DNA of 64,000 bases from Spirochaetia bacterium. GTDB taxonomy: Bacteria; Spirochaetota; Spirochaetia; SP-2023. Location of the stretch: NCBI GenBank assembly GCA_965225855.1, contig CBDDCK010000005.1, forward strand, positions 928,001-992,000. Reading direction: 5' to 3'. Shown here one piece after another: positions 42,516 through 53,446 of the stretch. The translations under genes and the position numbers were made by a program. The notes beneath the pieces are model-generated. The model made no database searches, had not been told where the DNA came from, and saw only the letters and a program-made list of their open reading frames with translations. How positions within the stretch are numbered: the first letter of the stretch is position 1; each line of letters starts with the position of its first letter.

Positions 42516-43451
42516 CTATTGATGTAGTTGAATGATGGTTTCTTTCTTACCGCAAAAAGATGCGAATGGTACTGGTTGTTTTTGAGCAAATATACCACCT
42601 GCAACCCCCATTTCACCTTGTCCTCCTTGGGTAGAAACAAATAAAATATCTTGGTTTCGGCCACCCAAACAACACGAAGTCACTTTAGGCGTGGCAATTT
42701 TCAGTTTCCCTAACTCTTGGCCACGATATGTATCAAAACATGTTACGCTGCTTGCGCCTGTTTCAGCCAGCCAGATACAAGCATCTTTCCCCAGACATAA
42801 ACCGTCAGGACGCCCTAGGCGACCATCAAAATCAATAAACCTCTCTCCTAAATCCCATTGAATCTCTGCTCTTTCAAAGTCTATTACCGGGAAGCGATGC
42901 ACAACAAAATCCCGGGTGTCTGCAAAATAAAAGTAATCATTGCAAAGGCCCATACCGTTAGCTAACTTCAAATCTTGCAATACAACTTGATAAGATTTGT
43001 CCGCGGTATCCAAGAGCAGCAGGCGCGAATCCACCTGACCATCACTCGGCATTGTGCCACACAGCACAAAACGGCCCTGTAAACTGGGCCACGCAAACAC
43101 ATCATTAAAGCGCGTAGGCACTAGGCTTGGCTCTACTTGGCAGTATAGTTGTTGCTTGGGTTGCGCTGTATTGCCATGTTCATAGCACCATTGGTAAATG
43201 TGCCCTTCAGAAGCAAACAACAAAAAGCCTACTTTATCAGCAACCTGATAAAACACAAAACCACCAACTGGTTGATCGAGCTGCAGAATACAGGCCGATT
43301 CAAAAGAACTTAAATCTTCTTGCTCTTTGTTGTGGAAAGCACCGCGAAACAATTTGCCTGCCGGAATATCCAGCCAATACAAAGCGTTATCTTGCGGCTG
43401 CCAAAGTATGTTTTCTGCCGTATCATGGCCATAATCAGCAATCTGTTGCAT
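42516..43451 (-). CDS. SMP-30/gluconolactonase/LRE family protein
   Basis: LYWLDI, TRFND, NGMG, YFADT, PDGL, VTSCCLGG. Confidence 0.9.
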   Translation of the reverse strand: MQQIADYGHDTAENILWQPQDNALYWLDIPAGKLFRGAFHNKEQEDLSSFESACILQLDQPVGGFVFYQVADKVGFLLFASEGHIYQWCYEHGNTAQPKQQLYCQVEPSLVPTRFNDVFAWPSLQGRFVLCGTMPSDGQVDSRLLLLDTADKSYQVVLQDLKLANGMGLCNDYFYFADTRDFVVHRFPVIDFERAEIQWDLGERFIDFDGRLGRPDGLCLGKDACIWLAETGASSVTCFDTYRGQELGKLKIATPKVTSCCLGGRNQDILFVSTQGGQGEMGVAGGIFAQKQPVPFASFCGKKETIIQLHQ

Positions 43452-44243
43452 ACCAATTCTCCTTTTGGGACCCTATTCTAACCAGTCTGTAACTATAGGT
43501 CTAGTACAGTGGCAACCTTATAATAAAAATCACCAAACCCACGACTATAGCCCCAAACCAAACGATAGATAATACCAAAAGGGAGTTTCTAGGTAGAGGT
43601 AAAAAGGCCGAGGCGCAGCGGGAAAACGCCAGTATTTGGCTTGCTAAAAAGGGAGGATTGAGACCATATACTATTCAGCCCATATTCAAAAGTTTCATAA
43701 TTTACATTGGTACAATATTTATTGCTGTTGACTCTATAATAAAAAATGATACGATAGCTTGAATTTTTCTTACAATGATTGATGATGAAATACTCTAGCC
43801 GTAGAGTTTTCTGTTCCCTTCTAATTAGAATCTTACCCCCCTTTTGTGTTTTTGTGCTTGGCTGGGATACTAGCCATTTTAATCCATTGCTATGAATGGG
43901 CTTAGTGTTGGGCTTTTGGCTCAAGCAGCAATCCATCCACATGTTTTGCAAGTCTACCAAAATTTACTTAGTTTTGAAAAAGTGCAAATGAAATGTATTT
44001 TGTCGGGCCCCTGAAGAATATAGCACAAAACTTTTGAGTCAACACTTCTTGAAATTTCCAATACATAGCTGAACAGACAGCTTATACGAAAAATCCTGCG
44101 ATTCTTTTAGCTATTAAATGCAACGATAAATTGTTTATTAGTTTATTAATCCTCGGCGTGGTGTTATTGGAGAGTTAGAATTTGCTGATATATTGGTGCT
44201 CATGTCCCATAATCGGCCGGATAATTTGGGTTTAAAGAAAGTT

Positions 44244-46580
44244 CTATATAACAAAACGGCGTAGGGCTAGGGAGTTGCTGACAACAGCAACCGAGCTAAA
44301 GGCCATAGCAGCCCCAGCGATCATTGGGTTTAATAAACCAAAAGCAGCAAACGGAATACCAATTGAATTGAAGAAAAAAGCCCAAAATAAATTTTGCCGA
44401 ACTTTGTTCATCGTTTTGTGAGAAAGCTGTATTACTATAGCAATATCGCTTAAATTGCCATGCATTAAAGTTATATCGCCAGCTTCCATAGCGACATCGG
44501 TTCCTTGCCCCATAGCAATACCCACATCAGCCAAAGCTAAGGCAGGCGCATCATTGACTCCATCACCAACCATTGCTACGCATTGACCTTGTTGCTGTAG
44601 TGACTTTACTGCTGCAGCTTTATCCTGTGGTGGCACTTCGGCTAATACATCTTCTAGGCCGGCTTTGGCAGCAATCGCGCGGGCACTACACAAGTTATCA
44701 CCGCTAATCATTTGCACTTTTAGCTGCATATCTTTTAAGCGTTGGACACCAGCTGCAGAGCTATCTTTAATCTGGTCAGCAATGGCAATCAAGCCAAGTA
44801 TCTGCTTGCCAGAAGCGAGCATTACCACTGTTTGCCCTTGGCTTTCTAACAATATTTTGTGTTGCTCAATACTTTGAAGATCAACGGTTAAACGCTGCAT
44901 CATACGTTGATTGCCGATTGCGTAATGCAAGTTGTGCCCTTCATGTTCAATATAGCCTTCAACACCTTCACCCGGATAGCAACGCAATTGTTGGACAGGG
45001 TACAACTCTATATTCTGCTCTTTGGCAAAAGTGGTAACCGCCTTAGCCAGCGGATGTTCAGAACCATTTTCCAACGATGCAGCCAAGCAAAGTAGAGATC
45101 GCAATTTACTTGATAGCTTATTAGGCACTTCGTTTGGTTTTGCACTATTATCCTTTTTTTCATTTATAGACCAATAATTAGGGCCGTCATTTGAATTAGT
45201 TAGGCCCTTAATAGATGAAACTTTGGGTTTTCCTTCGGTAATAGTGCCGGTCTTATCTAAAATAACGGTTTGGATTTTCTCTGCCAATTCCAGTGTTTGG
45301 CTAGAACGAATGAGGATTCCATGTTGGGCACCAAGCCCTGTACCAACTATAATGGCTGTTGGCGTAGCTAGGCCTACGGCACAAGGGCAAGCGATAGCCA
45401 ACACGGCTACTGCTGCAAGCAAACCTTCTGTTGGATTGCCTAATAACAACCACCAAATGAAGAAGCTTAGGCTAGCTATGGCTAAGACAATGGGGACGAA
45501 TACGGCCACGACTTTATCAGCTATTTGTTGTATGGGGGCCTTACTTGCCTGTGCCTCTTCAACAATAGCAATCATGCGAGCTAACATGGAATCCTTCCCC
45601 AAATGCGTAGCCTGATAGCGCAGTAAACCGTAGCTATTGATAGAGCCGCTAACCAACTTATCGCCGGGTGATTTTTCCACCGGGATACTTTCGCCCGTAA
45701 TAGTACTTTCGTCTATTGCACTCTTGCCAGAGATGATCTTGCCGTCTACAGGAATGCGGCTACCGGGCTTAATAACCACAATGTCGCCAATGGCAATATC
45801 GGCTACAGCGACTTCTATTTGCTTTTGTTCTAAGCCATCTTGTTCAATGATAGCTCTATCGGGTTGCAAACTCATAAGCTTTTTAATGGCAGTGCTGGTG
45901 CGTGCCCTAGCATTTGCCTCTAAGTGCTTGCCCAGCAAAACCAAAGTAATAATTACAGCAGAAGACTCAAAATATAACGCTATGGGCTGCTGTTCTCCGC
46001 CTCCAATATTTTGAATGCCATTGAAAACACTCAAACAATAAGCTGCCGATGTTCCCAGCATTACTAGGAAATCCATACCAAGATTTCTGGCTATTAAAGT
46101 TTTAAAACCCATACGATAAAAACGCCAACCAATAAAGAATTGCACTGGCGTAGCTAAAGCAAACTGCACTTCAAAACGATGCAAAAATGCTAGCATTTCC
46201 GATAGTGGAGCCAGTACAATGGGTAATAACATTGCCAATACTAGAGGAGCTGTAAGCCCAGCAGAAACCATAATTAGCAGTACACTGCGCCGCTGTTCTG
46301 CTGCTTTTGCCACAGATTGATTACCATCTTGAGTATCTTGGGTTGATCCCAAGCCGGTTATCAAATTCGCACGATAACCCGCTGTTTTGACTGCTTTTTG
46401 CACCGCCTGAATCATCGCTTGTTTGCTTAGCTGTATTTCATTAAAACCTACAGTAGCCTTTTCCATTGCCAAATTTACCGAAACGGTCTCCACTTCGGCC
46501 AATGTTTCGATCGATTTTTCCACATGAGATACACAGGAAGCACAATGCATTCCCTCAATTTTGAATTGAACTGTATTCAT
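44244..46580 (-). CDS. copA: Cu(I)-type P1B ATPase
   Basis: GMHCASC, TGES, CPC, DKTGT, SEHP, GDGVNDAP, AMAFSS. Confidence 0.93.
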   Translation of the reverse strand: MNTVQFKIEGMHCASCVSHVEKSIETLAEVETVSVNLAMEKATVGFNEIQLSKQAMIQAVQKAVKTAGYRANLITGLGSTQDTQDGNQSVAKAAEQRRSVLLIMVSAGLTAPLVLAMLLPIVLAPLSEMLAFLHRFEVQFALATPVQFFIGWRFYRMGFKTLIARNLGMDFLVMLGTSAAYCLSVFNGIQNIGGGEQQPIALYFESSAVIITLVLLGKHLEANARARTSTAIKKLMSLQPDRAIIEQDGLEQKQIEVAVADIAIGDIVVIKPGSRIPVDGKIISGKSAIDESTITGESIPVEKSPGDKLVSGSINSYGLLRYQATHLGKDSMLARMIAIVEEAQASKAPIQQIADKVVAVFVPIVLAIASLSFFIWWLLLGNPTEGLLAAVAVLAIACPCAVGLATPTAIIVGTGLGAQHGILIRSSQTLELAEKIQTVILDKTGTITEGKPKVSSIKGLTNSNDGPNYWSINEKKDNSAKPNEVPNKLSSKLRSLLCLAASLENGSEHPLAKAVTTFAKEQNIELYPVQQLRCYPGEGVEGYIEHEGHNLHYAIGNQRMMQRLTVDLQSIEQHKILLESQGQTVVMLASGKQILGLIAIADQIKDSSAAGVQRLKDMQLKVQMISGDNLCSARAIAAKAGLEDVLAEVPPQDKAAAVKSLQQQGQCVAMVGDGVNDAPALALADVGIAMGQGTDVAMEAGDITLMHGNLSDIAIVIQLSHKTMNKVRQNLFWAFFFNSIGIPFAAFGLLNPMIAGAAMAFSSVAVVSNSLALRRFVI

Positions 46581-46770
46581 AAGATTTTTCTGCTCCCAAA
46601 TTGGCAAAACTTAAGACAGAGTGCTTAAGTATGTCAAGATTTTCTTTATATAAATTGCAAATTATGAGAAAAACTATCAGTAAAGTTGAACGCTTTTCAG
46701 AACAGGGTATTTTTACTATGGTAGACTTCTGCAATAAATAACAAAGAATGGAAAAAATGAAGGATATATT

Positions 46771-47523
46771 ATGAAAGTTGGTATTATAGCCGCAATGCAA
46801 GAGGAGTTAGTAGCCCTCACAGAGCTTTTGCAAAACCATCAAATTGAGAATGAATCTAGCCGTTATCATATTTCCAGCCCCATTGTAGAATGGCACTATG
46901 GCCAGCTTAAAAGCCAAGATAGCGAAGTTGAAATAGTGGCTCTAACTTCTGGCATTGGCAGAACCCAAGCAGCATTTCATACTGGTTTGCTATTGCAACG
47001 CCATCAAGTGGATTACATTATCAATATTGGTTCTGCTGGTAGCCTAAGAACAGAAGGCCAGAATGGCGATATTGTAATTGCCAACAGCTTAGCCTATCAC
47101 GATGTTGATGTGCAGACATTTGGTTATGCTTATGGTCAATTACCCGGCAATCCAGAGCAATTTCCCAGTAATCCACAATTGAGGGAAATGGCATTAAAAG
47201 TAGCCAATGAATTTTTTGCTGGTAAACCCAATCAAGCGACTATCGGGCAGATTATCAGCGGCGATTCTTTTGTAGAGTATGGCAGCTCACATTTGGCTAC
47301 AATCCAACAACACTTTCCTCAAGCTCAAGCAGTAGAAATGGAAGCTGCTGCCATTGCCCATATTGCCTTTTTGTATGGTTGCCCTTGTTTGATCGTGCGC
47401 TCAATTTCAGACTTTTTGTTGCGCCCGGAAGGGAAAATAGATTTTCAGCAGTATTTGCCACTAGCTGCTGCCAATGCTGCAAAAATTGTAGAGCGATTTA
47501 TCTACCAGCAGCCCCGTTTATAG
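46771..47523 (+). CDS. mtnN: MTA/SAH nucleosidase
   Basis: GIIAAMQEE, SGIG, INIGSAG, SGDSF, VEMEAAA, RSISD. Confidence 0.93.
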   Translation: MKVGIIAAMQEELVALTELLQNHQIENESSRYHISSPIVEWHYGQLKSQDSEVEIVALTSGIGRTQAAFHTGLLLQRHQVDYIINIGSAGSLRTEGQNGDIVIANSLAYHDVDVQTFGYAYGQLPGNPEQFPSNPQLREMALKVANEFFAGKPNQATIGQIISGDSFVEYGSSHLATIQQHFPQAQAVEMEAAAIAHIAFLYGCPCLIVRSISDFLLRPEGKIDFQQYLPLAAANAAKIVERFIYQQPRL

Positions 47524-47717
47524 GCTTTATACTCGATCAGTTTGTTCTTTTTAGCTTGGTTGTACCAAGAACCAACAAAAAGGCAAATAAAGTAGTCGAT
47601 CGTAAAAACTAGATTATCATAGTGAAAATTATTCCACTACCAAGCGAGTAGTGGGTTGCTAGCCATAGTACCCACCCAAAAGGCAAGCAAGGCTTGACCA
47701 AAGTTTATCTTGTTACA

Positions 47718-47960
47718 AAAATCTCTTGTTAGGTATTAAGAAAATCTCTTGTTAGGTATTAAGAAAATCTCTTGTTAGGTATTAAGAAAATCTCTTGTTA
47801 GGTATTAAGAGACTCTATTATTGGGCATTAAGAAATTCTCTTGTTAGTTATTAAGAAATTCTCTTGTTAGTTATTAAGAAAATCTCTTGTTAGGTATTAA
47901 GAAAATCTCTTGTTAGGTATTAAGAGAATCTCTTGTTAGGTATTAAGAGAATCTCTTAAT
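47718..47960. repeat. ~10.5 x 23-bp tandem repeat
   Basis: aaaatctcttgttaggtattaag; shorter degenerate inverted counterpart at ~34910-35005. Confidence 0.9.
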
Positions 47961-48171
47961 TTTTATGCCAACGTTCTGGTAATAATTATTGTAAGGGGTT
48001 TGTGCAAAGCTATTACTAAAAAAAGTTTGTAGCCTTAATAAAGTTTTTCTAGCCTTGGTATTTTCTCCATACCCAGGCTATAATTGGCCTATTGCAGCCT
48101 TGATAAAAAAACTTACCAAGGCTGCAATAGGCCAATGCAAGCGTTGCAACAACCAAACCCTACTTACCAAC

Positions 48172-50265
48172 TTATAACTTGTTGTATATACTAGTGGTTG
48201 AGTCTTCTCGACTACCAGTTATAAATCCTGCTGCTGCTTCCAGGTTGTATGCACCATCATTATCACGAAGACCATCCTTAACCAGTATAGCATCAGCTTT
48301 GGCTTTTACACTACCCTTTAAAAAAATCTGTAAGACTTTTATAGTTGCTACAGTACCTGTGGCTGTGTTTTCACCTGTTGAGTGCTGGGGTAATTGGTAT
48401 CTCTTCTTACCATCACCGGATACAAGCGTCAATTTGCTAAAGTCCCAGTCTGCAACTGCTGTGGGTAAACGGCTACCATAAATAAGTAACTCGCCTGTAT
48501 TAGAAAAGTAGTATACTTTGGTGAGCCGGCTTGCGTAGCCATCAACGGTAATAGGGTTGCTTGTGTCTTCAGTGCTATAACCTGCAAATCCTGCTGCTGC
48601 TTCCAGGTTGTATGCACCATTAGCATCACTTTGACCATCCTTAACCAGTATCTTCTCGGCTTCGGCTTTTACACTACCGCTTAAAGTAATATTTAAGGTT
48701 AGTGAACTTACTTTAGAACCTGTGGCTGTGTTTTCACCTGTTGAGGAGTGCTTGGGTAATTGGTATCTCTTCTTACCATCACCGGATACAAGCGTCAATT
48801 TGCTAAAGTCCCAGCGATCCACTCTTGACGGTAAATCGCTACCTTGAATCAATAACATGCTTATGTTAGTATAGTAGTATACTTTAGTGATAACACCTGC
48901 ATACCCACTAACGGTAATAGGGTTATTGCTTGTGTCTTCAGCCCTACCACCTGCAAATCCTGCTGCTGCTTCCAGGTTGTATGCACCATTAGCATCACCA
49001 TCGTTAAACAGTATCTTATTGGCTTTGGCTTTTATACTACCCCTTAAAATAATCGTTAAGCTTGTTGCACTTGCTGCAAAACCTATGGCTGTGTTTCTAT
49101 TTGAATTTGAGTGCCGGGGTAATGTGAGTCTATTACTACCATCACCGGATACAAACCTCAATTTGGTGAAGTCCCAGCCTGTAACTGCTTCTGGTAAATT
49201 AGTACCTGTAATCACTAATCTACCTGTATTTAAATCATAGGTTGCACGGGTAATTGCGGGTGCGGGGTTTCCACTAACGGCCAAGCCTTTGGCTGTATCT
49301 AAACCCGCCCAAGTACCAGTGCTAGTAAGCAACCCATCTTTTAGACCATTGCTATCCATACCTGTCTTGCCATTCAGAGTAGTTTTATGTTGATCGGTAA
49401 GGTAAAGCCAAAGCGCTGTGCCAGCGCTATGTAGGCGGTACTTACCTTTTGCAAGACCGCGACTATCTGGCCCAGTGGCATCGTCATCTGCAGTATAGGA
49501 ACTTAAGGCTACCCCATCTACTACGATGGTTTGGATTTGGGCTTGGGTCGCACTACCTAAGTCAGTACCTTGCAAGGTTAACAGCGCCGTGCCAACATTG
49601 TAGCTTGCACCGGTAATTGCGGCTTTAGGCGACTGCTCTTCGGCTTTAGGTTGCTTAGGCGACTCCTCTTCAGCTTGTTCGACTTGTTCGTCTTTAGGTT
49701 GCTTAGGCGACTCTTCTTCAGCTTGTTCAGCTTGTTCAGCTTGCTTAGGCGACTCTTCTTCAGCTTGTTCAGCTTGTTCAGCTTGCTTAGGCGACTGCTT
49801 ATCGGGTATATTGCTAACGGTTAAGTCTTTGGCTGTATCTAAACCCGCCCAAGCACCAGAGCTAGTAAGCAACCCTTTTTTTAGACCATTGCTACCCACC
49901 TTGGCCTCAAGAGCAGCTTTATGTTCATCTTTAAGTTTCAGCCAAAGCGCTGTGCCATCGCTTTTCATACGGTACTTACCTTTTGCAAGACTGTTACTAT
50001 TTGGCCCAGTGGGTTTGGCATCTGCAATATAGGAACTTAAGGCTAGGCCAGCTACCGTGATAGTTTGGATTTGCGCTTCTGTAGGACTTAAGTCAGTACC
50101 TTGTACGGTTAACAGAGCCGTAGCAAAGTCGTAGATGGCATTATTGATAGACGGCCCAGAAGATGGCCCAGAAGATCGATCATCGTCATCGGGTGGTGCG
50201 CAGGCCAAGGCCATAAAGGCCAGTAGCAATGCTACAGGCAATAAAAGTAGTTTGAGCTTATACAT
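48172..50265 (-). CDS. Modular repeat surface lipoprotein paralogue (2 A + 3 B modules, Q/E-rich linker)
   Basis: Signal ...AFMALA-C; same modules as 32469..34757; SPKQAEQAEQAEEE repeats. Confidence 0.85.
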   Translation of the reverse strand: MYKLKLLLLPVALLLAFMALACAPPDDDDRSSGPSSGPSINNAIYDFATALLTVQGTDLSPTEAQIQTITVAGLALSSYIADAKPTGPNSNSLAKGKYRMKSDGTALWLKLKDEHKAALEAKVGSNGLKKGLLTSSGAWAGLDTAKDLTVSNIPDKQSPKQAEQAEQAEEESPKQAEQAEQAEEESPKQPKDEQVEQAEEESPKQPKAEEQSPKAAITGASYNVGTALLTLQGTDLGSATQAQIQTIVVDGVALSSYTADDDATGPDSRGLAKGKYRLHSAGTALWLYLTDQHKTTLNGKTGMDSNGLKDGLLTSTGTWAGLDTAKGLAVSGNPAPAITRATYDLNTGRLVITGTNLPEAVTGWDFTKLRFVSGDGSNRLTLPRHSNSNRNTAIGFAASATSLTIILRGSIKAKANKILFNDGDANGAYNLEAAAGFAGGRAEDTSNNPITVSGYAGVITKVYYYTNISMLLIQGSDLPSRVDRWDFSKLTLVSGDGKKRYQLPKHSSTGENTATGSKVSSLTLNITLSGSVKAEAEKILVKDGQSDANGAYNLEAAAGFAGYSTEDTSNPITVDGYASRLTKVYYFSNTGELLIYGSRLPTAVADWDFSKLTLVSGDGKKRYQLPQHSTGENTATGTVATIKVLQIFLKGSVKAKADAILVKDGLRDNDGAYNLEAAAGFITGSREDSTTSIYNKL

Positions 50266-50454
50266 AAGCAATACCTCCAACAAGGGATAAAGATTGGCCA
50301 ACCCATACGGGCTAGTCTGTAAATCCCCATTTTGCTAGGGGGGGTGTTGCGTCAAGGCCTATACAAGCTTTTTGTAAGTTTTTTTATGTTTGGGCACTTT
50401 TTTTGTGTGTTAGTGTTGTAAGGTGGTTCAAAATCCATGCCAATCAAAAGGCTT

Positions 50455-50700
50455 AAGGCTATGCGATAGCAGGCGCAACGCCAACCATGCCAACCATTGG
50501 GTGGTATCAATATATCCCAGTTGGGGTCATAGGCCCGCAATATATAGCCAGATATTGTGCAAGTCGTCTAAAATGCCAGCATTGACGCTGTGGGCTAAGG
50601 TCAAAGCATCGGCATACTGGCCCTATTTGAGGTCGTCCCAGTTTTGGCTTTTTACGATGTTGTTGGGTTTTAGCAAGTCTATGGCCTGCTTATTTTTATG
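50455..50700 (-). pseudogene. Mu-like phage head morphogenesis (gpF-like) relic
   Basis: AIDLLKPNNIVKSQNWDDLK*GQYADALTLAHSVNAGILDDLH, then frameshifted GYILRAYDPNWDILIPPNGW(HGW)RCAC. Confidence 0.65.
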
Positions 50701-50711
50701 GTTTTTAGTGC

Positions 50712-50873
50712 CTTGCTATGATATAGCTTTCCACCTTCGATCAATACCTTACTCCAATGCGGATCAAGGCCTTGATCCAAGTGGGAAAGTTATATTGCAC
50801 CAATGCGGAGTAAGGCATTACTCCAATGCGGAACAATACTTTATACCAATGTGGAAAGCTATATTGTAGCAAG
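50712..50873 (+). other. 162-bp structured element with a 23-bp closing stem (candidate ncRNA or MITE)
   Basis: cttgctatgatatagctttccac / gtggaaagctatattgtagcaag; internal palindrome and 4 ccaatg(c/t)gga motifs. Confidence 0.5.
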
Positions 50874-51220
50874 ACAGGCGATGACTTGTAGATTCGCATC
50901 GGCAAACGCAATTGCCCAATTGCGTTTGTATGTGCGTTTGTATGGCTATTTCGGCTTGTTGCTTTGGCTTGTTGGTTGGGGCTGGGGCAGTTATTGGGTG
51001 GGGTTGGGGTGGTGTTTGGTTGGCCTTTGGTTGTTTCCATGCAATGATCAATAGTTTTGGCTATATTGGCTTCCCGTATTTAGCCGAAGCTCTCTCCGTA
51101 TTTAGTCGGGCTCTTCTGGGTATATACCGAAAAGCGCTTTGCGTATTTAAAAGTAAAATTTTTGCATATTTACTATCTAATTTAAAGAGAGTTTTTAGAA
51201 ACAATTATTGTAAATTTTAT

Positions 51221-51248
51221 TTGACAAAACGGAATACGATGCTATCAT
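51221..51248 (+). promoter_or_regulatory. sigma70 promoter of the sugar operon
   Basis: TTGACA, 16 bp ending TGc, TATCAT. Confidence 0.55.
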
Positions 51249-51298
51249 CTTTGGACAGATTCTATTAAAACTGTTTTATCAATCGGAGGAGAAATTTG

Positions 51299-52519
51299 AT
51301 GAAAGTAATACTATTGATGGCCTTGTTTATTTCCTTAGCTTTTGGCTGTGCTAAAACAAAGGATAAAGAGCAAACTAAAGCGAATGACTTAGAATTTACT
51401 GTTTGGATTCCAGGCGATCGCGGTGAGTATGCGTTTTATTATGATATGTTTGAAAATTTTCAAAATTACAAAGAAAGTAAGGGTGAGAATTTTGCATACA
51501 CAATTGAGCAGCAACCATGGAGTGATTATTGGACAAAGTTGCCATTGGAAGTCAATAATGGCCGTGGGCCGGATATATTTCTTTCGCACATGGCTTATAT
51601 TAATATTCTCAAACCAATTGCTAAGGAGCTAGATTTTTCTGCAGAGACTTTGGCTAAATTCCATGTTACCGACCTCTTTATGGGGCCAAATAATAAGCCT
51701 TATTTTATCCCGACTTTATTTGTCAGTAAAATCATGTATGCCAATAAAGACCTTTATCCAGACTATCAAAACTATCCCAAAACGTGGGAAGAGCTTGAGC
51801 AAATAGCAGCTAGCTTAAACAATGAAGAAAAACGCATTAGTAGCTTTGATTACAGCTATCATATTATTTGGGACTTAGGCTATCAACACGGTTTTACCAT
51901 AACCGATACAGCAGGTAAAGCCCAGTTTGATGGTGCGCGTAAGGCATTGGAATATATTGCGCGTTGGGAAGATGCAGGGGTTTCCAGTATTCTTTCTTAT
52001 GGTAATGGTGATTCCGAAAAGTCTTTTTATGAAGGTACCAGTGCCATGATTTATGGTGAGCCTTGGATGGAATTTTGGGCACCTAATAAAATCAATTCCT
52101 TTGCCTTTCCTGTTCCCGGAGGGCAAACGCACAATGTAGCTGAACTTAGTTTTGGTATTAGCAAAAATGTCTCTGATGCGCAATTCAAAGTTCTCAATGA
52201 ATTTGTCGAGTTTATGTTGACTGATGAGAAAACCATTACTGCCATTGTAAAAGGAAACTCTGCTTTCCCAAATAATAAAAATATTCAAGTTGCTTATGAA
52301 CCGGGCACAGCTGGTGATGCGGTAACGAAAACATTCGAAGCAAATGATACCTTTTTGATCATTACTCCGAGCACTTTAGAGCGTGCGTATCGTACCATGA
52401 TGGGGAATTTCATTACCTCCAGAGATAGTGATGCGGTAATTGACGAAGCAGAGCTATCTTTGCAAAACCAAGAGTTTACACTGCTCAATCGTTTAGAAGA
52501 TACCTTCCGCGACCAATAA
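51299..52519 (+). CDS. Carbohydrate ABC transporter substrate-binding lipoprotein
   Basis: Lipobox LAFG-C; PWSDYWTKL..GPDIF. Confidence 0.85.
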   Translation: MKVILLMALFISLAFGCAKTKDKEQTKANDLEFTVWIPGDRGEYAFYYDMFENFQNYKESKGENFAYTIEQQPWSDYWTKLPLEVNNGRGPDIFLSHMAYINILKPIAKELDFSAETLAKFHVTDLFMGPNNKPYFIPTLFVSKIMYANKDLYPDYQNYPKTWEELEQIAASLNNEEKRISSFDYSYHIIWDLGYQHGFTITDTAGKAQFDGARKALEYIARWEDAGVSSILSYGNGDSEKSFYEGTSAMIYGEPWMEFWAPNKINSFAFPVPGGQTHNVAELSFGISKNVSDAQFKVLNEFVEFMLTDEKTITAIVKGNSAFPNNKNIQVAYEPGTAGDAVTKTFEANDTFLIITPSTLERAYRTMMGNFITSRDSDAVIDEAELSLQNQEFTLLNRLEDTFRDQ

Positions 52520-52564
52520 AAATTCTTGAATCCAAAGGCGTAACTTATTGAATTGGCGTAATTA

Positions 52565-53446
52565 ATGAAGTTATATGAAAGATACCAGCAACGATTATTT
52601 GTTGCTGGTGCCGTATTATTAATGCTTTGTTTTTACGCAGTATTTTTTATGCTACCGTTATTTAGCAGTATTATCGGTAGCTTTTTTAATTGGAATCCGT
52701 TAGGTGGCGAGCGGGCTTTTATTGGTTGGCAAAATTACCAGCAAATGTTTCGTTCACCTGTATTTCTCGTTGCTTTGAAAAATACATTGTTTTTTACATT
52801 TTTTGCTGTAAGTGGCAAAACAATACTTGCGCTTTTTTTGGCTCTTGCGATCAACTCGCTGGGAAAAAGAGCTCAAAAGATATTTCGCAGTTTGTATTTT
52901 CTGCCGGTAATCATGCCAATTGTGGCTGTCTCCATTGTCTGGAAATGGTTTTATCATTCTAGGGTTGGATTGTTAAATTCGTTCTTACTTTGGTTGGGCT
53001 TGGGTGAACCGATTAACTGGCTTGGCCGGCCTGATTTAGTGCTTCCTGCTGTGATTGTAATGTCTATCTGGAAAGATATGGGCTATGCGTTGATCATTTT
53101 TATTGCAGCGTTACTCAATATACCTAGGGATTTATTTGAAGCAGCCCATATCGATGGGGTCAATGGTTGGCAGAAACTGCGTTTTATTATTTTGCCTTCA
53201 ATCCGCCCTACATTGATTTTTATTGTCATTACATCTTTGATTGGTGATTTTCAGTCTTTCGTGCAAATTTTTATCATGACGAAAGGAGGGCCTGGAAATT
53301 CTTCTAATGTAATTTCCTACTTAATTTATAATCAGGGTTTTGTCGATTATCGTTTTGGTTATGCTTCTGCCATATCCGTGGTATTATTTTTCATCATTAT
53401 GCTCATAACTTTCGTGCAATATCAAGTAATGACTAGGGAAAAGTGA
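52565..53446 (+). CDS. Carbohydrate ABC permease
   Basis: EAAHIDG EAA loop, MTKGGPG. Confidence 0.92.
   Translation: MKLYERYQQRLFVAGAVLLMLCFYAVFFMLPLFSSIIGSFFNWNPLGGERAFIGWQNYQQMFRSPVFLVALKNTLFFTFFAVSGKTILALFLALAINSLGKRAQKIFRSLYFLPVIMPIVAVSIVWKWFYHSRVGLLNSFLLWLGLGEPINWLGRPDLVLPAVIVMSIWKDMGYALIIFIAALLNIPRDLFEAAHIDGVNGWQKLRFIILPSIRPTLIFIVITSLIGDFQSFVQIFIMTKGGPGNSSNVISYLIYNQGFVDYRFGYASAISVVLFFIIMLITFVQYQVMTREK

Noticed and set aside
43589..44040. 123-aa ORF or a tmRNA-like RNA starting GGGGCCC
   Set aside because: No recognisable protein motif and no tmRNA 5' motif or T-arm/CCA end
50741..51268. Overlapping low-complexity ORFs on both strands
   Set aside because: Mutually overlapping with no motifs; likely decayed DNA
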